This document shows, in pieces, positions 47,021-55,882 of a stretch of 64,000 nucleotides of DNA. Every line of letters starts with the position of its first letter. Within the stretch, counting starts at the first letter, position 1. The position numbers were made by a program, and so were the translations under genes. Source of the DNA: Lentilitoribacter sp. (lineage in GTDB: Bacteria; Pseudomonadota; Alphaproteobacteria; Rhizobiales; Rhizobiaceae); the NCBI GenBank assembly GCA_963691785.1, contig OY829371.1, positions 795,254 through 859,253 of the forward strand, read 5' to 3'. Under the pieces are notes generated by a model. That model had not been told where the DNA came from. It saw only the letters and a list, made by a program, of their open reading frames with translations, and made no database searches.

Positions 47021-47728
47021 ATGGAGCACGGACATTCGATCAAGGAAATTCGTCAAAGACTGACGGAGAAGAACGCACCCAGCGATTTGCGAGATTTCGT
47101 TTATGGCAGCATAGATGGCACGATCACGACTTTTGCAATTGTTGCAGGTGTCGAAGGTGCAAATCTGTCACCGTCCATCATCATCGCGCTCGGGTTTGCG
47201 AATGTGTTAGCCGACGGGTTTTCCATGGCCGCAAGCAATTATAGTGGCACAAAGGCCGAGCTTGATGACATGAAGCGTTTACGGCAAGTTGAACTTCGCC
47301 ATCTACAGACCAATCCAGAAGGTGAACGAGAGGAAATTCGTCAGATACTGATATTAAAGGGGCTGGAAGGAGAGGTTCTGGAAGGCGCTGTTGAGGCCAT
47401 CACATCTCAGCAAGAACGTTGGATTGATATGATGATGGTCGAGGAATATGGCGTGCTGCCGCAAAACCCAAATCCAATACGTGCAGCCCTCATTACGTTT
47501 TTTGCCTTCGTGATCTGTGGGATGATACCGCTACTCTCTTATATGTTGTGTTTGGGAGATGCCTTTTTGGCTGCTGCCATTGGCACGGGGGTGACATTCT
47601 TTTTCATCGGTGCGCTGAAAAGCAGATGGTCTTTGCAGCATTGGATGTGGTCAGGATTGGAAACACTTGGCATTGGCGGTATTGCAGCGGCCTTAGCTTA
47701 TTTTGTCGGAACACTCTTTGCCAGTTAG
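47021..47728 (+). CDS. VIT1/CCC1 family Fe/Mn transporter
   Basis: DFVYGSIDGTITTFAIVAG, ADGFSMAASNY, EREEIRQI. Confidence 0.9.
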   Translation: MEHGHSIKEIRQRLTEKNAPSDLRDFVYGSIDGTITTFAIVAGVEGANLSPSIIIALGFANVLADGFSMAASNYSGTKAELDDMKRLRQVELRHLQTNPEGEREEIRQILILKGLEGEVLEGAVEAITSQQERWIDMMMVEEYGVLPQNPNPIRAALITFFAFVICGMIPLLSYMLCLGDAFLAAAIGTGVTFFFIGALKSRWSLQHWMWSGLETLGIGGIAAALAYFVGTLFAS

Positions 47729-49212
47729 TCAAAGCCCTTTTCATATATGTTTTGAATAACTTTATGCAGTGCCTGTTCAAGATCTGATGAAATGAGACCG
47801 GGGCCAGCCACGTTGCCCGCTTCGCCATGGAACCAAACACCAGCGCAAGCGGCTTCAAACTCTGCCATGCCTTGGGCCAATAAACCGCAAATCATGCCGC
47901 ATAATACATCGCCACTGCCAGCTGTTGCCAGCCAAGGCGGTGCATTGTTTGAGATTGCGGCGTTTCCATTTGCTTCGGCGATCACACTATCTGGTCCCTT
48001 CAACACAATAGTTGCGTCCGCGCGTTGAGCCGCTGATATGGTCTTAGCAAGTTTGTCATTTTCAGATGCAAGATCGGGAAACAGGCGGGCAAATTCACCG
48101 TCATGCGGCGTTAATATGGTTGGCGCTGATCTGGTCTTATTAACATCAAACAATTCTTCGGGTTTTTGCGAAAACGCAGTTAGCGCGCCCGCATCTAACA
48201 CGACAGATCTTTTACTTTTCAATATGAGTTTCACCAGATCGCGCGTGGTGTGGTTAGGATCAAGGCCTGGCCCCAGACTGATGGCATTAATCCTATTGTC
48301 GCCGAGAATGCATTCTAGATCCTGAGCACAATCCATTTGTGTCAGCATGATTGCATCGGAGTGTGCCGCATGGGCTGGCATCGTTTCCAAAGGGCAGGCA
48401 ATGGTTACCAATCCAGCACCTATTCTTAGAGCTGCTTTTGCCATTAAACGTGCAGCGCCGGATTTGTCCAAGCCACCCGATATTGCCAGAGCATGACCAC
48501 GATTATATTTATGACCGGTTTCTGTCAGAAACGGATATTGATCTTGCCATAAGGCCGGTATGTTTAAAAAGCTTCTCGGTGCAATCTCAGTTAGGACGTC
48601 TTCTTTAATGCCGATTTGCCCAAGAAAAACCTCACCGCACAATTGTCGGCCAGGATATAGAAAATGCCCGGGCTTATAGCGAAAGAATGTTGCCGTAACA
48701 TTCGCTTGAACTGCGCATTCTGAAATCACGCCAGATTTTCCGTTTACGCCACTTGGCAGATCCACAGCCAAGACCGGGGTCGCAGATGCATTGATCGTTT
48801 TGATAAATTCGGCATAGTGACCTTCGATATTGCGCGTAAGGCCAGCACCAAAAATAGCGTCGACAATTAGATCGTATTTGTCAAAATCTGGGTCGCTTAA
48901 TAGTTCCGCATCTTTGGACATCTGATCAAATGCGAGTTTCGCATCGCCCGATATCTTGCTCTGATCACCGATAATTGACACGCTGACCTTGCAATCCTTG
49001 TTCAGCAGCAAATTGGCGAGCACAAAGCCATCGCCACCATTATTGCCGGTGCCTGCAACGATCAAAACCCTTAGTGCTTTTGGAAAATGTTTTTCAATCG
49101 CTGCAAATAATATTTCCCCCGCTTTTTGCATGAGCTCTATGCCAGGAATACCGCCCTTTATGGTCAATGCATCTGCTTTTGACATCTGATCTGGGGTTAA
49201 GAGTTCATGCAT
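47725..49212 (-). CDS. nnr: bifunctional NAD(P)HX epimerase/dehydratase
   Basis: GTGNNGGDG, DAIFGAGL, DLPSG, HKYNRG, LTPHDGEF, LATAGSGDVL. Confidence 0.93.
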   Translation of the reverse strand: MHELLTPDQMSKADALTIKGGIPGIELMQKAGEILFAAIEKHFPKALRVLIVAGTGNNGGDGFVLANLLLNKDCKVSVSIIGDQSKISGDAKLAFDQMSKDAELLSDPDFDKYDLIVDAIFGAGLTRNIEGHYAEFIKTINASATPVLAVDLPSGVNGKSGVISECAVQANVTATFFRYKPGHFLYPGRQLCGEVFLGQIGIKEDVLTEIAPRSFLNIPALWQDQYPFLTETGHKYNRGHALAISGGLDKSGAARLMAKAALRIGAGLVTIACPLETMPAHAAHSDAIMLTQMDCAQDLECILGDNRINAISLGPGLDPNHTTRDLVKLILKSKRSVVLDAGALTAFSQKPEELFDVNKTRSAPTILTPHDGEFARLFPDLASENDKLAKTISAAQRADATIVLKGPDSVIAEANGNAAISNNAPPWLATAGSGDVLCGMICGLLAQGMAEFEAACAGVWFHGEAGNVAGPGLISSDLEQALHKVIQNIYEKGFD

Positions 49213-49295
49213 AAAAGATCCTGCGATTAGTATGCCTCACATTTAAAAAAGCGAGACTGGCGGCTTGATAATAACTTGAAAAAATATCGAACGCT

Positions 49296-49309
49296 TTGAT
49301 CTGGCGCAA
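49296..49309. promoter_or_regulatory. FNR/FixK-type box
   Basis: TTGAT-CTGG-CGCAA centred about 55-60 bp upstream of the USP start. Confidence 0.55.
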
Positions 49310-49357
49310 GGCGCTTGGTTGCGCGCTCCACTAAAGTGAAGGCAACACAAAGGAGAA

Positions 49358-50218
49358 GTGAATATGAGCAAAGATACTATTTTGACCTTTATAGGCACCT
49401 CATGTCCTGATGACACAGTGCAAAAGGCAATCGTTATGGCAGAGGAAGCAAATGCCCATCTGTCTGTTGTGATTATTGCTGTTGCCCCGCAATTATATTC
49501 CTATGGCTATGGCATTGCTTATGGCCGTTTTGTTGGTGTTGAAAATTGGTCTGAAGAGATCAAAGATATGACCGATGATATTAATGCCAAATCTGATTCC
49601 GTTGAAAAAATGGTCCAAGAAGCTGGTATCTCAGCTGATATTGTCATGGAGTTTTGTGACGTTTCGGTTCTGCGCAGCGCGGTAACGAGCCATGCATGCC
49701 TTGCCGATCGCGTTGTTCTTTTGGAGCATTCAGGATTGCCCGCTGATGTCTTGGATGGCGTGATATCCGGCGTTATTTTTGACGCGCCTTCGGGGCTTAT
49801 TCACGGACAAAATAGCGACAAAGCCGCGGTAGCGAGCAAACACGCCTTTATTGCCTGGGATTCGAGCAAACATTGTGCAGCGGCAATTAAAAGCGCTCTG
49901 CCTTTGTTTAGTAGCGAAACTGAAGTCACCATTGCGGTGTTTGATCCGGTCAGACGTGAAGGTGAAGATGGTGAAGAGCCTGGTGCGGATCTAGCGAGTT
50001 GGCTCAGCCGTCATGATTTGAAAGTCACAATTGAGCAATATCCATCTGGTGGTGACGAAATTGGAAATTGCATCTTAAAACGCGCAAGAGAAAAAGGTGC
50101 CGATCTGGTCGTCATGGGCGGTTACGGACATATGAAAATTCGCCAGCAGTTGTTTGGTGGGACCACAGAAACCATGCTCGAACAAAAGGAATTGCCGATC
50201 TTAATCGCACATAAATAA
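49358..50218 (+). CDS. tandem-domain universal stress protein
   Basis: IAWDSSK, ADLVVMGGYGH..R...GGTT. Confidence 0.9.
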   Translation: MNMSKDTILTFIGTSCPDDTVQKAIVMAEEANAHLSVVIIAVAPQLYSYGYGIAYGRFVGVENWSEEIKDMTDDINAKSDSVEKMVQEAGISADIVMEFCDVSVLRSAVTSHACLADRVVLLEHSGLPADVLDGVISGVIFDAPSGLIHGQNSDKAAVASKHAFIAWDSSKHCAAAIKSALPLFSSETEVTIAVFDPVRREGEDGEEPGADLASWLSRHDLKVTIEQYPSGGDEIGNCILKRAREKGADLVVMGGYGHMKIRQQLFGGTTETMLEQKELPILIAHK

Positions 50219-50252
50219 CTCATGTTTAGGCGCGGCTTTCGCGCCCATTCTC

Positions 50253-51173
50253 TTATTGCATCACAGAAAGTTCAGGGAGTTCGCGTTCGGCGGTTCGTCT
50301 GATCAGTGATGCGATCTCGTTAAATAGTGTCGCGTGGACTGAGCGTTTGCGCCAGGTCAAACCCAATTGGCGATAAAGGTTTACGGCATTGACATTTAGA
50401 ACAGCAATTTCATTGCGGTTTTTGATCTCTGATTTCACGTAAAGTGCCGGCAAAAATGCCAAGCCAACATTCATCCCAACCATCAAGCGCAAAGTATCAA
50501 GGCTGGTGCCTTCGTAATCGCGCAAGGGGCTCGCGCCCCAATCCTCGCAGAGCTGACTGATTTGATCATGCATATGATGCCCTCGCTCAATCACTAAGAC
50601 ATTTTGTCCTTTCAAGTCTGTTCGATCAATTTGCGTGCGTGCTGCAAGTGGGTGATCAGGAGATGCAATTACTAAAAAGGGCTCTCGGAACAATTGTTCA
50701 ACGACAAGATCTGAATGTTTGATCGGCAAAGGCGAGATAACAACGTCATGGATACCTTCCTTGAGTTCAAGTTGCAGATCTTGTGGTTTTCCTTCTTTTA
50801 CATAGAGTTTCAAATTTGGATAGTTCTGGTGCATTTGCGGCACGATATAGGGCAGCAAATAAGGGCCCAATGTTGGCGGTACGCCGATACGTATGGTGCC
50901 CTCAAAACCATGCTGGGACGCGGCCGCCAGTGTTTTGATCTCCTCAACCTCTGACAAAATGCCTCTCGACCGTTCAGATATCTCGCGCCCCAAAGGGGTT
51001 AGCATCACTTTGCCTGTATCGCGCTCAACCAACCGTGCTTTGAGTTGTTTCTCCAGCTCCTGGATCTGAGTGCTCAAGGTTGGTTGTGTCACATTCATGC
51101 GTTCAGCGGCGCGTCGAAAATGAAGTTCCTGTGATAGCGCGACAAGGTAACTGAGTTGTCTAAGAGTTGTCAT
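50253..51173 (-). CDS. OxyR-related LysR regulator lacking the peroxidatic Cys
   Basis: LysR HTH, GVPPTLGPYLLP; the OxyR GHCLRDQ segment reads GHHMHDQ. Confidence 0.85.
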   Translation of the reverse strand: MTTLRQLSYLVALSQELHFRRAAERMNVTQPTLSTQIQELEKQLKARLVERDTGKVMLTPLGREISERSRGILSEVEEIKTLAAASQHGFEGTIRIGVPPTLGPYLLPYIVPQMHQNYPNLKLYVKEGKPQDLQLELKEGIHDVVISPLPIKHSDLVVEQLFREPFLVIASPDHPLAARTQIDRTDLKGQNVLVIERGHHMHDQISQLCEDWGASPLRDYEGTSLDTLRLMVGMNVGLAFLPALYVKSEIKNRNEIAVLNVNAVNLYRQLGLTWRKRSVHATLFNEIASLIRRTAERELPELSVMQ

Positions 51174-51337
51174 TGTAAAGAGACCAATTGGTTAGATATG
51201 AAATCTATAGATAAAATCAAATAAAAATACGTACGTTAATAGTTTTAATCTATCACACTTTGTTTAAATATCAATTGGTAAATACGTCGCATGCGCAATA
51301 GATGATGTGAGTATGAAACCAATGATGGATATAAAAA

Positions 51338-51469
51338 ATGAATGCCTTTGATTTAATATTCATTGCGCTCGCAAGCCCACTGATTGGAATATTGCTTTAT
51401 GGATTTTATGTTTTCCATTTTGACCCGTCGGCAAAAATAAAAATCGACCTCCGACGAATGGCAAAATAG
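51338..51469 (+). CDS. small hypothetical single-TM protein (43 aa), not in the ORF track
   Basis: MNAFDLIFIALASPLIGILLYGFYVFHFDPSAKIKIDLRRMAK; weak RBS. Confidence 0.35.
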   Translation: MNAFDLIFIALASPLIGILLYGFYVFHFDPSAKIKIDLRRMAK

Positions 51470-51560
51470 CAATATTACCTCCAAGAGCATCGGCGCATCA
51501 CTCCCTTCCCCTCGGATGTGCCGATGCTCGAATTTTAAATGCCTACTAAAGTACGTCCTT

Positions 51561-52520
51561 ATGGAAAATCTTCTGTCACCTGTCATACTCTTCTTCATAT
51601 TGGGGGGCTTAGCAGCGTTTGCGCGCTCTGATCTCACCATCCCTGAAACACTCTCTAAAACGCTTTCTCTTTATTTGATGTGTGCAATCGGCCTTAAAGG
51701 TGGGGTGCTCATTTCAAATAATGGTTTTACGATTGACTTGCTATTTGCCGGTACGGCTGGCCTGTTGCTGAGTTTCTTACTGCCAATCTTAGCCTTTGCC
51801 ATTCTTCGAAGTTTTGGCAGGCTGGACACAACAAATGCAGCGGCGGTTTCCGCCCACTATGGCTCGGTGAGTGTGGTAACGTTCATCACCGCAAATCAGG
51901 TGCTCAGCGATAAAGGAATGGCGCCCGCAGGGTATATGATCGCCGTCTTGGCCTTGATGGAAACACCTGCGATCATATCCGGTCTGTTCCTTGCCAAACG
52001 CGGTTCAACATTGAGCTTCCAGCCCAATAGCGATTTGATGCGTGAGACATTGCTCAATGGATCAATCATATTGCTTACGGGTAGTTTCATCATCGGTATC
52101 ATCATTGGCAAGGACGGCTTTGCGCCAATCGCGCCAGTCTTTGAGACAGGATTTACAGGGCTATTATGTTTGTTCCTGCTTGATATGGGACTGCTGGCGG
52201 TCCGGCGTTTGCGCAACGCGAGAAGCCTAACATTCCGCCTTGTCATTTTGGGCATCGCTTTCCCAATTATGAATGGTCTCATTGGAACCATAATTGGTGC
52301 AGCTGTCGGACTTGATGCCGGCACAACAACAGCACTTGCAATATTGGCGGCCAGTGCGTCTTACATCGCAGTTCCTGCTGCAATGAGATTGGCACTTCCC
52401 AAAGCCGATGCCGGACTTTATCTTGCCATGTCACTGGCAATCACATTCCCATTTAATGTGATCATCGGTATTCCTCTCTTCAATCAAATCGCAATCTATA
52501 TGGTGCAGCTATGGTCGTAA
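51561..52520 (+). CDS. sbtA: sodium-dependent bicarbonate transport family permease (SbtA/DUF897)
   Basis: LSPVILFFILG, AHYGSVSVVTF, FLLDMG, ASASYIAVPAAMR, TFPFNVIIGIP. Confidence 0.92.
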   Translation: MENLLSPVILFFILGGLAAFARSDLTIPETLSKTLSLYLMCAIGLKGGVLISNNGFTIDLLFAGTAGLLLSFLLPILAFAILRSFGRLDTTNAAAVSAHYGSVSVVTFITANQVLSDKGMAPAGYMIAVLALMETPAIISGLFLAKRGSTLSFQPNSDLMRETLLNGSIILLTGSFIIGIIIGKDGFAPIAPVFETGFTGLLCLFLLDMGLLAVRRLRNARSLTFRLVILGIAFPIMNGLIGTIIGAAVGLDAGTTTALAILAASASYIAVPAAMRLALPKADAGLYLAMSLAITFPFNVIIGIPLFNQIAIYMVQLWS

Positions 52521-52825
52521 CTACTGAACGAAAAAAGATCGAAATACTTATCGACAGACCCTTAATGAAGCGGTTGCGCCAGCTGGCAAAAGATGTCGAA
52601 ATTTCCGGCTATACGGTTTTCAATGCCATTGGTGGAGAAGGCGGGCAGGGGCGTTGGCGTGATGATCAAGTCACTGGCGGCGCTGGCAGCAAGATATTAT
52701 TTGTCTCCATTTTGGATCAGGAGAAAGCTGGCGAATTTCTAGCCGCTCTTGAACCGTTGCTAGACGAATATGGTTTGCGGGTTTCTATTTCCACCGTGGA
52801 AGTGATCCGCGCGGATCGGTTCTAG
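52511..52825 (+). CDS. sbtB: P-II-like SbtB protein
   Basis: KKIEILID, SGYTV...GEGGQG, VEVIRADRF; overlaps the sbtA stop. Confidence 0.85.
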   Translation: MVVTTERKKIEILIDRPLMKRLRQLAKDVEISGYTVFNAIGGEGGQGRWRDDQVTGGAGSKILFVSILDQEKAGEFLAALEPLLDEYGLRVSISTVEVIRADRF

Positions 52826-52937
52826 CGTTCTTACATCAACCATACGTCAAAATTAAAAAATTGTAATTTTGAAATGATTGAAACTCGGCAATTCATTTCC
52901 CACATCTGGATTAACGATTTAGGAGACGGAGATAAAA

Positions 52938-53738
52938 ATGAGCTTAAACCAATTGTTTGACCAGTTTTTGGGTAGTCAGCAGAATAATGCAAATGCCGCG
53001 CAGAACAATAATGCGCAAGGCGGCGGCGGAATTGCCGATTTAGCCAATAATATCCCAGGTGGCTTAGTGGGTGGTTTGGCGGCCGGTGGCCTGCTTGGCG
53101 TTCTTATGGGAAACAAAAAAGCACGGAAAACAGTTGGCAAAGTCGCAGGTGGTGCTGTTGGTCTTGGTGGTGCAGCAATTTTGGGCGCTGTCGCTTTTAA
53201 TGCCTATAAGAATTGGCAATCTGGCCAATCAGCCCCTGAACCGGCGCCATCAGCCCCAGCAGGTTCTGCATATTCTTCACCAACTGCGCGAGCACAAGTG
53301 CCTCATGTGCCAGCACAAGCGATACCGCAAGCCCCGGCAAATGAAGCTAATTTTGACCCGACAAAGGTAAAAGCTGCGGATGGCAGCCCGTTTCAACTCG
53401 CACTCGTGAAAGCGATGATTTCTGCAGCCAATGCTGACGGTCACATCGATGCAAAAGAGCAGGCGGCGATCTTTGATTCCGTTAATAAACTTGAGCTGGA
53501 AGCAGAAGATAAAGCTGTGATTTTCGATACGCTTCAAAACCCACCTGAGATCGGCGAAATCGCGGCGCTTGCCAATGGTTTGGAGCAGGCAAGCGAGATC
53601 TATCTTGTATCCAGAATGGCGATCGATCCTGACCGCCCGAGCGAGAAGGCTTATCTATATGATTTAGCGGTTATGATGAGTTTGCCGCAGGATTTGGTGG
53701 CGCATTTAGAGCATCAAATTAGCCAGCAACAAGGCTGA
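52938..53738 (+). CDS. DUF533/TerB-like membrane protein
   Basis: Gly-rich TM region, AMISAANADGHIDAKE, EIYLVSRMAID. Confidence 0.82.
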   Translation: MSLNQLFDQFLGSQQNNANAAQNNNAQGGGGIADLANNIPGGLVGGLAAGGLLGVLMGNKKARKTVGKVAGGAVGLGGAAILGAVAFNAYKNWQSGQSAPEPAPSAPAGSAYSSPTARAQVPHVPAQAIPQAPANEANFDPTKVKAADGSPFQLALVKAMISAANADGHIDAKEQAAIFDSVNKLELEAEDKAVIFDTLQNPPEIGEIAALANGLEQASEIYLVSRMAIDPDRPSEKAYLYDLAVMMSLPQDLVAHLEHQISQQQG

Positions 53739-53836
53739 TTTTTTTAATCGGTTTTCAGTTATTTATTGATTGTCGCAATGGGCTCAAACTGCTAGAGAAA
53801 ATAGCATAATTTTTATCTTCCAGATTGAGCCCAAAA

Positions 53837-54769
53837 ATGACCAAAGCACCATATAAAATTGGCGTGGTTGGTGTTGGTGAGATTGCCAAAAACCAGCATA
53901 TCCCTTCCATCAATAGGAACCCGGATTTTGAATTCGCAGCGGGTGTTAGCCGGCATCAAAAAACCGAAGGCGTTGATAATTTCACTGCCATCGAAGATAT
54001 GATCTCAGCACGACCTGACATCGATGTGGTTTCGCTTTGTGTGCCGCCGCAAGTGCGCTACGGGATTGCTTGGGCAGCTCTGGAAGCAGACAAGCATGTG
54101 ATGCTCGAAAAACCCCCTGGGATTTCCGTCGTCGAAGTGGAAAGCTTAGCGCGTTTTGCTGAGCAACAGGGCGTGACTTTATTTGCCACTTGGCATTCGC
54201 GCTATGCCGCTGCGGTTGAGACTGCAAAGAACTGGCTGGCTGATAAAAAAATCACTGATGTGAAAATCATCTGGAAAGAAGATGTCAAACATTGGCACCC
54301 AGGTCAGACGTGGATCTGGCAAGCAGGTGGCATGGGTGTGTTTGACCCTGGCATTAATGCATTGTCAATTTTAACGCATATCATGAATGTGCCATTTCAC
54401 TTGCAGGAGGCAGACCTTGCTTTCCCAAGCAATTGTGAAACACCGATTGCTGCACAGCTAAAACTTTCTGGCAATGATGCATTGTCTCTGACAGCCGATT
54501 TTGACTGGCGTCAAACCGGACCGCAGCATTGGGACATTTATGTTCAAACGACAGAAGGCGAAGTACATCTCGCCAATGGCGGCAATGATATGTTGATCGA
54601 TGGCAAGGCGCATTTCAGTGCTGATAATGCCGAATATGATAATATCTACGCAAGATTTGCCGAGCTCTTGAAATCAAATCAATCCGATATTGATCTCATG
54701 CCGCTAAAACATGTGGCCGATGCCTTTATGCTGGGCAAGAGATCAGTTGTCGAAGCGTTTGAAGAATAG
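53837..54769 (+). CDS. Gfo/Idh/MocA galactose/L-arabinose 1-dehydrogenase-like protein
   Basis: VGVGEIA..QH, LEKPPG, ATWHSR, WKEDVKHWHPGQ, GVFDPGINALS. Confidence 0.85.
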   Translation: MTKAPYKIGVVGVGEIAKNQHIPSINRNPDFEFAAGVSRHQKTEGVDNFTAIEDMISARPDIDVVSLCVPPQVRYGIAWAALEADKHVMLEKPPGISVVEVESLARFAEQQGVTLFATWHSRYAAAVETAKNWLADKKITDVKIIWKEDVKHWHPGQTWIWQAGGMGVFDPGINALSILTHIMNVPFHLQEADLAFPSNCETPIAAQLKLSGNDALSLTADFDWRQTGPQHWDIYVQTTEGEVHLANGGNDMLIDGKAHFSADNAEYDNIYARFAELLKSNQSDIDLMPLKHVADAFMLGKRSVVEAFEE

Positions 54770-54771
54770 TC

Positions 54772-54939
54772 TTACGTTAGATATTTGAGCGCGATCCAAA
54801 GACCGATCGTGCCCCAAAAACACATATTGATGAAAGAGCGCATCACACCGCCATCTTCTTCAATGCTGACGCCTAAACGGTCAAGAACGAGTGTTCCGGG
54901 CATTAAAAATACTTTGAGCACGAGATTGAGTAATGTCAT
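54772..54939 (-). CDS. small membrane protein (55 aa) translationally coupled to the truncated haemoglobin
   Basis: ATGA overlap with the trHb stop; MTLLNLVLKVFLMPG...FINMCFWGTIGLWIALKYLT. Confidence 0.65.
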   Translation of the reverse strand: MTLLNLVLKVFLMPGTLVLDRLGVSIEEDGGVMRSFINMCFWGTIGLWIALKYLT

Positions 54940-55379
54940 TTTCGAGTTCCTTTCAGAGATGTCCATTCCGGGTGAGACTGAAATGGATCTTTGTTTCGAG
55001 CGAGCCAAAGGCTTGAGGCGATCCGCATGGCTGTGGTTTTCACATGCAATGCTGTCGTCTCGTCAAAGAGTTGATTGGCCGTTTCGCTGAAGAGTTCCAG
55101 CCATTGCATGAAGTCTTCGGTATGTAATCCTTCAATCTGATTATGTTTGGGAACAGGCTGTCCTTTATATTCGCCTGTTTTGAGCAAAACTGATCGCCAA
55201 AAAGCTTTCATTTTTTCAAGATGCGGTTCCCAATTGCCATCAATCACCTGTTCAAAAATTGGTCCGAGTTGCGGATCCCTGCGCACACTTTTGTAAAATT
55301 CATCAACGAGCTGAGAAATTTGATCATGGGTGATTGACAGATTGCTCGCGGCACGGATTTGGGTTGGATTGTCTAACAT
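54936..55379 (-). CDS. group III truncated haemoglobin
   Basis: LVDEFY...DPQLGPIF, HLEKMKAFW, PVPKH, F..WLELF. Confidence 0.9.
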   Translation of the reverse strand: MLDNPTQIRAASNLSITHDQISQLVDEFYKSVRRDPQLGPIFEQVIDGNWEPHLEKMKAFWRSVLLKTGEYKGQPVPKHNQIEGLHTEDFMQWLELFSETANQLFDETTALHVKTTAMRIASSLWLARNKDPFQSHPEWTSLKGTRK

Positions 55380-55394
55380 CTTCAGTGATCATTT

Positions 55395-55466
55395 ATACAT
55401 TCATTTAATTTGCATCTTTTATATCTCATGTCTTTATGCTAAATGCAACATATAAAATGAATGTAT
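55395..55466. promoter_or_regulatory. inverted repeat in the trHb/Rrf2 divergent promoter, putative Rrf2 operators
   Basis: ATACATTCATTT (55395-55406) and AAATGAATGTAT (55455-55466), with inner TTGCAT/ATGCAA. Confidence 0.45.
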
Positions 55467-55478
55467 TAGGAAGATGAT

Positions 55479-55880
55479 ATGCGCCTTAATCAAGCGAGTG
55501 ATTTTGCATTGAGAATTTTAATGCTTTTAGCGGATCAAAAAGACCCTCTGACGGTCGACGAAATCTCAACACGGCTTGATATTGCAAAATCCCATGCCAT
55601 GAAAATCGTCGCAAAGCTGGTTAAGGCCGAGATCCTTTTATCTCTGAGAGGCCGCACGGGTGGCGTGTTGTTGGGCAAGCCAACTCAAGACATCATTATC
55701 GGCGATGTTGTGCGCATCGTCGAAGCAGATTTTGCCATTGTCGAATGCATGCAACCGGGCAATCAGGCGTGTATGTTCCTGCCCAGCTGCAAGTTGAAAG
55801 GCGTCATGCATCAAGCGCGAACCGCATTTTTAAAAGTGCTGGATGCGCAAAATCTCGACATGATTGTTTCAAGACCCTAG
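55479..55880 (+). CDS. Rrf2 family regulator, NsrR-like
   Basis: SDFALR, RGRTGG wing, three Cys (C-x7-C-x5-C). Confidence 0.85.
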   Translation: MRLNQASDFALRILMLLADQKDPLTVDEISTRLDIAKSHAMKIVAKLVKAEILLSLRGRTGGVLLGKPTQDIIIGDVVRIVEADFAIVECMQPGNQACMFLPSCKLKGVMHQARTAFLKVLDAQNLDMIVSRP

Positions 55881-55882
55881 CC

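Noticed and set aside
50253-51173. Calling this gene oxyR
   Set aside because: The peroxidatic Cys199 equivalent is His and the neighbours are not peroxide-defence genes
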